A stretch of DNA of 64,000 bases from NCBI GenBank assembly GCA_907165135.1, contig OU015568.1:186001-250000 (forward strand), in the 5' to 3' direction. The position numbers were made by a program, and so were the translations under genes. Under the pieces are notes generated by a model, which was given only the letters and a program-made list of their open reading frames with translations, made no database searches and had not been told where the DNA came from. Shown piece after piece: positions 49,905 through 61,385 of this stretch. Source of the DNA: Oikopleura dioica (Eukaryota; Animalia; Chordata). Position 1 is the first letter of the stretch. Every line of letters begins with the position of its first letter.

Positions 49905-50098
49905 AAAGCCGTCGTCGATAAAAGAGTTTAAAAATCAGCCGAAAAGTCCTAAAGGTGAGGAAAATGGTGATCCAGAGGGGGAGAAGAAAGTGAAACTTTG
50001 ACACTCAAATCTCATTCTTTTCAGCGAAAAAGGGATAGTCTTTAATTTTCCTAAAATTGATGTTGATTGACCAAAATTATCGTATTTGAGAACCAAAA
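49905..50098 (+). repeat. Duplicated copy of the RhoGAP last exon and 3' flank (44516-44712)
   Basis: About 195-bp colinear match. Confidence 0.8.
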
Positions 50099-50548
50099 AA
50101 TTTGCCTCCAACATGATTTTGACGGTAAAAAAAAGATTGTTCGAAAAATGTTATTCCATGGACTTACTGTAATTTACCGCCGAAAATTGAAAATCATTAT
50201 ATAATTCTCAACCACCACCCCCTTTAGCCAAAGGTCATTTCAGATTATGCATCTGATCTGTTACGCTTATTTGTGTAAATACAAATTCTGCATGGAGAAT
50301 CTGATGCTGATGTTTATCGAAATTGGTCGTATCAAATCGGATTACCGAGACAACATAATTTATGTTACAAAAAGCGTTGAGCCTCGCCAAATTCCATGGT
50401 GACGGGCAGCAACATTCTCCAAACAGTCTATTCTTCAAATATATGGCTGCAGAGGCATTGAAACTATCGACAAGAATCCCTTGAATTTCTGCAGCTAAAT
50501 TTTAGCTTTGTTTATGCATTCAAGAACAGGAAATTTTTCAGCTTTTAA

Positions 50549-51385
50549 GGGTGTCCCCAACGATTTTTTTAAAACAGGCTATACTTTGAGCTATTTTTTA
50601 TAGGACTTCCTGAAGGCTTTTCGGCTAAAAGAAATATACTCATTATTATTAAGACCCTTTTCTATGCCATAAATTTGGCTGAATTTTAAAATTATAATCT
50701 TTTAATCCCCTACCGCTTCTTCAAAGAGTTCTGATTTTTCTATTCTGACCAATCTTTGAGATCGTTTTTCTCGAGTTCTACAAATTCAATTTTTAAATTT
50801 CGACCAGATCCTGATTCTTTGAACGCTCTTCTATGCCATAAATTTGACGGATTTTTAAAATTTATCTGTATGCATCAGATACGATGCATTCTTTGAAGTA
50901 ACGATTTTGCTGCAGTTTGAGCTCGATTCTAGCGCTGTTCCTGAAATTCAATTTTTCTCATTTTTACAGGGATAATAGTTTGATCTATTTTCAATCTCTC
51001 GGTACGCTCAGATTTTGCGTTGATAAGACCCTTAATCCCTTTTTCCGGCGCCAAAGTGCAGGTGTTTGCGACTTTTGGCGCACTGTTTGAAAGTGAAAAA
51101 TTTGTGCTATCGTATTGATATAGGTATCATTGAATAGAGAATTTTTCAAGCTCTCAGAAAATAAACAGGTCGATATATAAAATCAAAGTTTGAAAATGAC
51201 ACTTTTTACAGTGCATTTCTATCGAGCCGTAATGCATTAGCGCTGTCATAGAAACAGTAATATCTCGAGAATCAGATGAGATATTTCAGATCTGAAAAAA
51301 GCTCTAGAATCAGCTTCCTTTAATTAACTCAAATAAAATTGGTCATCAGACTAAGATTAGTCGAATCCGATCGCTGGGGACACCC
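50549..51385. mobile_element. Kolobok-like non-autonomous element
   Basis: TTAA(50545-48)-GGGTGTCCCCAACGAT ... ATCGCTGGGGACACCC-TTAA(51386-89). Confidence 0.8.
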
Positions 51386-51988
51386 TTAAAGGTTAGGGAC
51401 CTCGTACAGGGACAAGTCTCAGAATCTGTTTTTGAACCCTTTCTGATTCCTCATGAAATTCTGACCAAAAACTCAATTATTTTGCGATTTTTCGCTGAGT
51501 CGACAACTTTGAGCGACGAGCACGTGACTTTTTTCTTTGAATTAAAAAAAAGCTCTTGTCAATCACAAGATCTGGGATCAAACTTTATTTTGAGCTATAA
51601 CACGTCTTCCCAGCATTGGTAGATTTAGAGAGTCTCTTTGCTTTGAGCCTGTACGGGGACCCCATCATTATATTTATCATGAAAAATGACTACTTTTCGA
51701 CAAATTTTAAGGATGTTGGGGGGGACATACATTTTTTCGGGTGATCCAAATTTCCGGACATTTTTCGGAAATCGGGGGACTAAATAAGTCCGGAAAGAAG
51801 GAAGCCAACTGTAACGCTTTTTACGTTCAATGATCGTTGATTTATTCTGAAAATTGACCCTTGGCCGGGAAATCCTCACTCAAAAACTACAAAAAGAGAA
51901 AAAACCGAAATTTTAAGTAAATAAATAAGAAAAAATTTCAAGGCCAACTCCCTATTTAAGCAAACTTGCAATTTCGTTTCTTCAGAAA

Positions 51989-52830
51989 ATGAAGATTTTA
52001 GGATTTTTATTTCTCGCCGGCTTCCAGCCGACCGAGGGGTTTGTCGAAACGTTCGGAACGGTTTCTGATATGATTTCCACAGCTATAACTGTTGGATCCG
52101 CCACTCGAGGTGCAATGGTCACCACTTCAGGTTATTATATTTTATTATTATATAATTTGAAATTTGCTTTTTCTTGTCGGCCATCTCGGACTTGTCGAAA
52201 ACTACATGAAGTATCCTCTCACGGTCGAATACACGAGGGTCTACAGCGGAGAACTGTCAACACCATACCACATGGTTCAAGTACGACAAATTTATCCGAT
52301 GAAAAGTTCCTTAGTTTGTTCATAGCCGGGAACAAGTGAAAAGTTTGCAGGCGAAACAGAATGGCACAGCCGATTGAGGGGCGTCTCCAGTCAAGTCCGA
52401 TGGCAAATGAAAGGCTATCAAATCAAATTCGGGATTTATTCTCCGTACTCACAAATGTGGTCGTCAAATGGCATTCGAGTCACGATTTGCGCTCCGGGAG
52501 AAACGGGATGTAACGTCGGAGAATGGATTCGAGGCTGGAGGCCCACTGACACTCGTCGAATGGCCAAATAACTCTTCGAAGACGTAAGATCGTTTTCAAT
52601 TTCAAGCTTTTATCAATTCTTTTAAGTCATTTAAGCCGATAAGATTGTGCCACGGAGACATTTGCGTGTACGCGATGTTTGGATCCAGCAGCGTTGCTCA
52701 AGCGACCATTCGAATCTATCCAAGAAACTTTTACGATCTTGTGGAAATTCATCATCTTGATCAGAGGAAATACGAAAATTTTATCCGATACTCTATTGAC
52801 AGAAACTGGAATCACAATAAAATACAATGA
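51989..52830 (+). pseudogene. Actinoporin-like (conoporin/echotoxin-type) pore-forming protein, disrupted in this copy
   Basis: Spliced product: signal peptide, amphipathic helix, then VENYMKYPL..RVYSG..TP..VQPGTSE..RGVSSQVRWQM..IYSPY..SSNGIRV..CVYAMFGSS..ATIRIYP. Introns 52131-52179 (ends CG, not AG), 52281-52325, 52584-52626. TAA at 52569-71. Confidence 0.75.
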
Positions 52831-53499
52831 TTACATGAGTCTCCAGCCAATATCTTCAAACGCTGGGTTTGGCCGTTTGTGCAATTTTTGATAGATCTCA
52901 AATAATGCAGAGTTTTGGCAGACAGTGGCAGTGACAGTCGCAATTTATACCTAATAATTCGGAAAAGCCGCGTTGCTACGATCTTGGAGTCACGGATTTA
53001 AGCCTCTGATTTATGATCATAGATCTTTAAATATTTTGACCCTCTGACCTATTAATGCGGGTTGAAAATATTTTCACGCAAAAAATATAGAGAAAACATG
53101 CTCTTAAAATTACTTTGACTGCGCTAGAATTGACCACTTAACTCGAGGAAATTGTTTTTTAGAACAATCCATCGAAACTGGCGCATGCTCATTAGTATTT
53201 TGAAATGTGACATTTCAAATGTCTCAAGTAAATATGCAATTTTGCCTCCGAAATTTTTTCTGCCAGAAAATTTAGAAAAGAGGTCCACTAAAAGAAGAAA
53301 AAACTGTTTCCATTGCGCAAGGGATTCTTACTTATTTGCGATGCCATGTGTTTTTAAATTGTGCAAAAGAAAAAATAGTGTCATCGATATTTGAGTTTTA
53401 TTTGATTATCCTCAGAAAACATGCAGACCGTTTGGAAGAAATGATTGTGTTTGACGAGAAATATACAAAATCATAAAATTTGATGCAGAATTCAAGTGA

Positions 53500-56177
53500 T
53501 CATTGATCAGGTTTGAACAATGAAAACTTCGAATCGTCATTGTCCCAATGACCGTTTGGAAAGTTATCTTTGTGTTCACAAGCAAAGTCTTCGTCATCAT
53601 TATCCTCTTCCGGATTGTAAGTTGGAGAATCAATTATTTCTTGGTCAGTGTCGTCTTCCATCTTGTTTGAATCTTGACACTCATCATTCGAAATAAGTGG
53701 TTCCCTATCTTCATTTCTCGATTCAGATTTTTGGCGATTTGTAATTCTTTGGTTGACGAATTCTTGCAATTTCTTAGTATACAAACGAATTCCCTTTTCT
53801 CCTCCATTCAACGGTGCGTATTCGTACCCATTTTTAAATCTTGGCAAAAAGCAGCATTTCACGAAGATAAACACGAGAGACAAAAAGACGACCAAGATCG
53901 ATGAAGAGAACAATATGTGATGCGTGATGAAATGAAGAAAATGATTCTGCGATGCTTTTTTCGGAGTTGAGTAGCTCGTTGGATCATAGTCTGCACATCT
54001 TGGAAAATCTTCCGGCAAATAAGAAAACGGCTTGTTCTCCTCTTTGTCTTCTACATTCAAAGCCACAGCCATTCCTTGGGAATTGTGGAAAAGCTGATGA
54101 CAGTGCATCGGCCAGATTCCGGGATTCGTCGCCTTGAAACGGACAATCGCGTAGCCCATTGCTGGCACTAGAATCGTATTTTTCGCGACAGTGTTCAAAT
54201 TATGGACTCTTCGTTTCTTCAAAATGTCTTCTCTGTATTCCACTTTCGGGCAGCGCGTTCCACCAGTGCAGCTCAAAGCGTCGTCGAGTCCAATTATGTT
54301 GCCATGTTGATCGAGTCTGGGAAAGCCAAGCTCCTGGACGAAGAACTCGTAGCCGTGCAAATGGAAAGCGTGATAAGTCCACTCGTATGGCGAGAGTTCG
54401 TTCGACATTTCATGAGCAGCGGAGATTCTGATTTCCACAAGCTCGTCTTTCTGGACTGTGAAAATTTGCGTGCAGGTTCTGTTTCCTTCGTCTCCGAGAA
54501 TCTCTTCGCTGCAGGGCGTGATATTCTCGTCCTTGATTCCGTCGAAAAAGGGTTTGTATGGATAGGCGAATTTGATGCCGTTGATTGACGATCCTCGAGC
54601 CAGATTCAAATTCAGTTCGATTATTTGATCCGGTTTTTCGTTCGTTTCTGCGGGGTCGAATTGATATGCTTCAGTTTCGACATTTTCATCGCGCTGAAAA
54701 TCCATGATTCCGACGCATTTGAAGCCGCGGTAGTTGTCAAGTGGACAGTTGAGGTAAGTAAAATCCGAGTCGTGGTCGAGATTGTCGATAAAGTCAGTAA
54801 AATCCAAAGCATGATGGGGTCTCACTGGAGCTGGCGATTGTTTCCAGGGAAGAAGAGGGACAAGATTTCGAACGCGTTCTCCTCGGAACGGAGCAGAAGA
54901 TCTTTGGACAGAGACTTTAACGAAGGGTCGCGGGCTAAGCTGGTAGTCTGCATCAACCACGTGTCCGTATCCTTCCACCATGAGTTCGGCTATGAAAATG
55001 ATTTCGTCGAGCCCGTTAAATTCGCTTTCAATATTCCACGTCTCGCCGACGCCAAAGATCAGCCCATGTCCAGCTCTTGACTGAATTTTTCGGCCATCGG
55101 TTCCAGTTGCGTAAATCGGCAAGCTATCAGCTCTTCTGAGCAGAATCGGAACTTCAAAACCAGCGTGGACGGCTTTCAATTCGACGGTTTCTGTTTCGTA
55201 GGGAAGAACGAACTGCTCGCCGACAGAAAACACAGCCGAGTCGTTTTTGTCTCGGAACTGGCCATGGCCGTTGACAAGAATCGAATCGACGCAGTAGCTG
55301 CTCACTTTCGCTCCGTTGAGAAATCCCTTTTCCGGGGTGGTGCATGTCCGCGCCCCTGTTCCAGTGAATCGGTCCCCGCCAGAAATTCCAAAGCGGTAGG
55401 GATCTGCAGCCGCCAAAAAGTCAGAATCATCTCGATACCAGTCGGTCATCACAAATGGAATTTTATTGGAATGGTCTTCTTGTTCTTCCGGCTGAAGGAC
55501 GATGAATGCGCCGTGAAGTCCATCTGCTCGTTGAAGGCCTTTGTGCGAGTGATACCAGTGTGTTCCGGTGTTGTCGGCCTCGATAACGTATGTAAACTCG
55601 TTGAAACTGTTGACGGGGCATTGGGAAAACATGGCTCCTCCGTCCATCCAGTAGTTGTCGACCATGTGAAGACCATGCCAGTGGAGTGAGAATGACTGAT
55701 CATGGAGAAGGCTCTTTACGTGGATGATGACCTTGGCGCCCTTATTGACGATCACGCTCGGGCCGGGAAAATGGCCGTTAATCGTGATCACTCGTCGTTG
55801 GTCCTGTCCGTCGGTAAAGAAGAGGTTTTCTAGCTCGTTGAGGGGTTGAGAGCGTTACCTCTCTCATCGACGAGAAACGGAGTATTGGCAGCAAGTCCTA
55901 TCTGGTCAATGTCCAGGTTTTTGCTCGTCTCGTTCCAAGAAACTGAGAAATCACGAAGAGATCCTCTGGCTACGTTTGTTCGCCGCCCAAAGTCACGTGT
56001 CCGCCAAGTGTTGGTTAGTCGGTACTCAATGTTCCAGAAGTACTCGCAGACCTTGGCAGTGCAGGCTTGAGTGCAGGGCTCATCAAAGTGACAGATGACT
56101 TGTCGCGAGCTCGTCTCGCTTTCCTGATTTGGCTTTGAAAAGGATTGCTGAAAAAGCAAAAGAGGAAAAAGTCTCAT
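53500..56177 (-). CDS. Multicopper oxidase (laccase-like), type I membrane protein, with one -1 frameshift in a 4-nt homopolymer
   Basis: Copper motifs LHWHG, WYHSH, HAFHLHG, HCHQLFHNSQGM; signal peptide; C-terminal TM helix and acidic tail. One extra G at 55842-55845 joins ORFs 55830-56177 and 53500-55791. Confidence 0.9.
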
Positions 56178-56754
56178 TCTTGTTATTTTTAAACGGCTTC
56201 GTTAGCTCCCGCTTAAATTAAAATCTCTTGTTGATTTAGATTTTGGTCTGCTCAGACTGACAAATGCTTGCTTTCATTTTCTTTTATAAGCCTGCTCGTA
56301 AAATAGGATAAGGGAAAAGAGCCCGAGAGATAAAGAGAATCTTGAAAACCACTAATTAATTAATGGCCTTGCCGACTAAGAGGGAAAATAGGCAGCAGGT
56401 TGAAATAACAATGAATTTAGACATTAGTATTTGCCTTATTGCCTTTTTCTCTTTAAATATTTAGGATTATGTTAAGATAAATTCTGAATATAATAAGGAA
56501 GTCATGTTTATTACAGTTAATTATGGAATTTTTGGACATTTTTTGTCGCGCGATTTTCTCAAAAAATCCAAATCCCATCCAAACCGCTTATAAAATTTTT
56601 TGAGGAAGAACTCGATCGTCATCTTCTCCGATAAAAAGGACTTAAAGAACTGGGACTTGTGTATTTGTGATAAGATTGACTAAAGACGGGATTAGAATCA
56701 CTTCTCCACCCAATCGCCACGTTGTTCCACCTCGTTGGAATTTCTTCACTGTGT

Positions 56755-56962
56755 TAATAATAATAACACACAAACTTGGAATTTCTCCTTGGAATTTAAT
56801 CAGAAGAAAACCCGGCAAATGCTTGTTTTAGTATTTTCGGTCCCAATAACATTAACTATGGATTGCCATTTTTGCTGAACTCGAGCAGATGGCCCAACTG
56901 GTGTCCAATAAATAAATGTCCAATAAATAAATGTCCAATAAATTCGTATTCCGAAAATCGAA
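56755..56962 (-). repeat. Second copy of the about 205-bp (TTA)n-tailed repeat
   Basis: Matches 48677-48881. Confidence 0.7.
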
Positions 56963-58747
56963 TAATATATAGATCTTTCTCCATAAATAAAACGGGCCTT
57001 TTTACGATTCGCCGGCGCCGGCTAGGCCAGCTTGCCAACATAGGCGGGGTTTCCTTACATGGTACAAATCCTTACATGGTACAAAAATCAAATTGTACCA
57101 TGTAAGGAATTGACTCACAGTAATCCCTCGATAATAAGGTAAAAAGACGTTTCAGGGAAATCTCATTTAGTAGACCTTGTAGAAGAGACCACGGGCTTTT
57201 CAATGGATTTGGTCTCAAAGTGTCAATCAGAATTTTTCAGTATTTATGTACACTTGAATTCAAGCATCTGTTTTTCGATCATAACTCAGCTCGTCGGCAA
57301 GGTAGGAAAATTCTAAAAGTCGGAGAGGAAAGAGAATAAAAGTTTAGTTTGTATGCCAAATTTCATTTAATTCGAAAAAATTCGGGCTTCCTGGCGAAAG
57401 TGAGAAAAGAGAAAATGGCGCGCGGCGCTCACTCGGCCTAGTCCCTTAAGGGTACGGGTCTCGGCTTTCTATCGTCCGTAATAATATAATGTGGATAAAA
57501 ACAGAGTATTTTATCGAACTCTACAGAAAATTTAGGTTGATCCTTACCTGGACCAAATCCTTACCTGGACCAAATCCTTACCTGGACCATTTCCTTACCT
57601 GGACCAAAATCAAAAATGGTCCAGGTTAGGATTTTGGTCCAGGTAAGGAAATGGTCCAGGTAAGGAAATTCAAAGAGATTTTTTCAAAGTAAAAAATCCA
57701 AAAACGTTACAGTTTTTTATGGAATTTGTGGACATCAAATTTGTGGACTTTTTAGATTTTAAGGGATTTTCTTGGGACACATTTCAACAGGGAGGGTATC
57801 AAATTTGTGGACATTTTATGTCAATTGAAACAGGGATCCCAGATTCTTTCGTTTTGACGCGCGCCCACTTTCTGATTCACGCAGTGGCCGCAAAAATCCT
57901 AGCGCGCGCGAAAAAATGCCGCGTCCCCATGAATGACCACCGATAGCGGGCGATGAATTGAGCGCGCCGCGGCGCAAGCAGACGATGAAAAATTGTCGCC
58001 TCGCTCGATCGAGACGCGCGTCCGATGAGTTTGAGACGCTCGCCCGGGACTGCGCCCAAATATGCGCTCATTCAAAAGTGATCTCTTGAAAACTAGATGA
58101 GATATTCAAGATCCGAATGTAGCTTTGGGATGAGAAGAAACACATACTTTGAATAAGATTATAGGAGTTTATATATTTGAAATAAATTAACCGCTTTGGA
58201 CAGGTCGAGGGAAATAGGCGCTTGGACAGAAGGTGTATTCCACTTCATTTAAAAAAACTACTGATCGGATGAACTTGAAAATTCTACCTAATACTAACTT
58301 TGGGGCAGAGATTTGGAAACTGTTATCAAAATTTGCATACCACTTATCCTTATTGCAGAAAAGTGTCATTCTTCTCTTGAGGGTTTCAAAAATAATTTCT
58401 AAATTTGATTTTTGAAAAATAAATTTTAATTTTGAAAACATATATAATCCCCTTAAAAGCGCTAAATTTTTGATATTGGCTTGGTTTCTATGTGCAAACA
58501 CTCAGCGGGAGGGTAACTTGGCCGCATATAATCTGGTATAGACGGCGGTTAGTAACGGTTACCGATAACTCCCTAAAACTTATCACATATGCTCCAAATT
58601 AGTGAAGGAACAACAATTTTAATTTTCAATTTGTTTGGAAGTAATTTAGCTGAAAAGTTCTTATGTGCAGTGGAGTACACCTTTCCGAGTTTTCAGCCAT
58701 TTTTACATTTTCGAAATGAGTATGAAATCATGTTTTGGGCGTTTTTA

Positions 58748-59601
58748 CCATGGAGTTGAGCTCTAAGTGGAGATAAGGGAATCTGAGGTTCGCGAGAATA
58801 CATGGATGATTTCAAAAAACTTTTGTGGGGCCGGAAATCGTAAAAACTGCAAGTGCAGTTTTCTTCAACTCGTCAAGACGAGTCGAATGATGGGTTTAAC
58901 TCCCGATAACTCTAAGGATTTACCGGTTTACCGGCTGGTTACCGGAAAATACGTTGTCACCCGCCGTTTTTGTTCTAGAAGTGATAGACTAATGTTTGAC
59001 ACCGGAAATTGTTCCTTATAGTCAGTTCTCCTGCAGCCTAAAAGATGAAGGTTGTATCAATTCTCTGAAGAGAGTTATCACTAAAATACAATTTTTGGCG
59101 AAAATGGGACTAGAAATTAGGAACGTGCAGCGACAACAAAATTTTAGTAAAAATTACTATTTTTAGTGATAACTCTCTTCAGAGAATTGATATAACCTTC
59201 ATATTTTAGGCTGCAGGAGAACTGACTATAAGGAACAACTTCCGCTGTCAAACATTAGTCTATCACTTCTAGAACAAAAACGGCGGGTGACAACGTATTT
59301 TCCGGTAACCAGCCGGTAAACCGGCAAATCCTTAGAATTATCAGGAGTTAGACCCATCATTCGACTCGTCTTGACGAGCTGAAGAAAACTGCACTTGCAG
59401 TTTTTACGATTTCCGGCCCCACAAAAGTTTTTTGAAATCATCATGGGCTTTGCGCGAACCCCAATTCTGAGCGCGCCTAATTTCGCGAAAGCTGTGTCTA
59501 GCCAATCAGCGGACATTTTTCTTCCGCTCAGACTTTCGAGATTTGCGCGGGAAAGGGAAATGGGACCAGGGACTTTCTCCCAAAAGAGTTAAACTCCATG
59601 G
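58748..59601. mobile_element. Nest level 6: TA-flanked MITE of the 48188-48477 family (reverse orientation)
   Basis: CCATGGAGTT termini; TA at 58746-47 and 59602-03. Confidence 0.75.
58806..59441. mobile_element. Nest level 7: foldback element with about 283-bp arms and about 70-bp spacer
   Basis: Arms 58806-59088 and 59158-59441 are near-identical inverted copies; flanked by CATGG on both sides (a 3-bp ATG TSD is also compatible). Confidence 0.8.
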
Positions 59602-60014
59602 TATATTGGGAGATCAGTACTATATTAATCCTAGTTAAGTCTTCAATTGAACAATCTAAATTTAGCGCACGAGTTTTGTTTGAGCTCGGCGCCCTGACTG
59701 CATCGAGCGCTCGCACGCCGCTCGCCCATTTCAGCGTGAAATCGGGGCGCCGCACTCGATTCATCGCCCTATGATAACGCGGCGACTTTTCAAAATCGGC
59801 TGGGCGCGCGCAGACGCAAATCATTTTCGCGCGGCCGCTAATCCTTTGCGCTCGCGTCAGAGGGGCGCGCGTCAAAACGAAAAATCTGGGATCCCTGAAT
59901 TGAAATCTTCGACTCCTAAATAAATGGTCAAACTTTAGTTATTGAAGCCCATTTTATATGCAAAGAGCTGTTTTTCGTCAAAAATCTACTTTTGTAAAGA
60001 GTTACGTCCCAAGC

Positions 60015-60130
60015 CAGGGATCTAAATTTTTCGCGAAAATCGCAATTTGCGAATATTTTGCGATTGCGATGCGAAATTTCGCAGAAAATTCGCAATCGCA
60101 ATTGATTTTCGGCAAAAATTTAGATCCCTG
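60015..60130. mobile_element. 116-bp hAT-type MITE inside level 4
   Basis: TIR CAGGGATCTAAATTTTT; TSD TCCCAAGC at 60007-14 and 60131-38. Confidence 0.9.
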
Positions 60131-60527
60131 TCCCAAGCTTCCTTCTTGTGTTCTTTTTCCTATTATTTTTTGAAAAAATCAGCAATTTTTCCTTCTCAAA
60201 AAAAATTTAAGCAAGATTGTTGGGACATTTTTTGGGGGCTTTATATCAAATTTGTGGACATTTTTCAGAAAACAAGAGGACAAATAATGTCCACAAATTC
60301 AATAAATAACTGTACTTAAAAAATTTTAGTCGACCCCCTCTGAGAAATTTTTTGAATTTTGAAAATTTTTTAAATCTTATTTTTGGACTCACACTGATAG
60401 ATACAGGCAAAATGGACTATTCCGGAAGTATCAAATCTCCGGAATTGTCCGAATCTTACTTAATTTTTTTTGCTTCCAAAATAGAAAATTGCGACATTCG
60501 GCGACATAACCAGAGCGCCAGTAAATA

Positions 60528-61385
60528 GGGAGTGGCCTAAAACGTCGCCCAGTCGCTACATTTGCGGCCCGAAACATCACTCGTGTTGATGCATTTGTTG
60601 CCTAAATCGTCGCTCCTATTGCTGCAAATGTGGCTAAAAACGTCGCTCCTGCTGGTGCATGTGTTGCCCAAAACGTCTTGTTTGAAGAATCTAGAAGATT
60701 ATGAGAATCGCCGCTAATCAGCGCCAGAGTTGCAAATTTTGATTAATTTTTCTGAGCTGACCTGAGAAAAATTTCTCTGAGCTGAGCTTAGCTGGCCTAT
60801 TTCGGAGGTAACTGAGCAGAGCTAAGCTGAGCTGACCTTTTCAGAGGTCATTGAGCGGAGGTGAGCTGAGCAGACCTTTTGTTTAAGAGACTTGAGCAGA
60901 GCTGAGCTGAGCGGACCCTTATTAGAGCTGAGCTGATTGAGCTGAGCTGTTTTTACTGTTTTTAGTAGTAAAATTGTATTCAATTCATTGAGCTGAGCTG
61001 AGCTAAATTATAGTTGTCTGAGCTGAGCTGAGCAGACCAGATCATGTTCGAAAATAATTGAGCTGAGCTGAGCTGAGTGAAAATTGTCTGAGCTGAGCTG
61101 AGCTGAGCAGCTCAGATCATTTTCCAAAATCACTGAGCTGAGCGACTGCTCAGCTCACTCAGCCAGCTCAGCTCACTTAGCTCAGCAAATTTGCAACTAT
61201 GATCAGCGCAACCAGACTGTTTTAAGACTTTCCAGATTCAATTTTGACTAAGGCGACGTGGCCAAAAAGACGTTTTGGCCAACAATGGCACCAGCAGGAG
61301 CGACGTTTTGATCAAGACATCAGGCAATAAGAGCGACGATTTAGGCCGTACATGCATCAACTGGACGAGGTTTTAGGCCACCCCC
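60528..61385. mobile_element. TA-flanked long-TIR MITE inside level 3
   Basis: GGG(A/G)GTGGCCTAAAA termini with AAACGTCGCTCC subrepeats; TA at 60526-27 and 61386-87. Confidence 0.75.
60725..61201. mobile_element. hAT-type MITE filled with (GAGCT)n
   Basis: TIR CA(G/T)AGTTGCAAATTT; TSD ATCAGCGC at 60717-24 and 61202-09. Confidence 0.85.

Larger units (their letters stand above)
57831..59897. mobile_element. Nest level 5: hAT-like element
   Basis: About 35-bp TIR beginning CAGGGATCCCAGATT and ending TTCGTTTTGACGCGCGCCC; TSD AATTGAAA at 57823-30 and 59898-905. Confidence 0.85.
57710..60312. mobile_element. Nest level 4: Tc1/mariner-like non-autonomous element
   Basis: TA-CAGTT(T/A)TTTAT(G/T)GAATTTGTGGACAT termini; TA at 57708-09 and 60313-14. 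Confidence 0.8.

Noticed and set aside
57541-57670. Regular 16-bp repeats as a CRISPR array
   Set aside because: No unique spacers, repeats invert within the block, the context is eukaryotic, and they are subrepeats of a TIR.
58767-59516. Two near-identical ORFs on opposite strands (58767-59021 and 59226-59516)
   Set aside because: They are the two arms of the foldback element; no protein motif.
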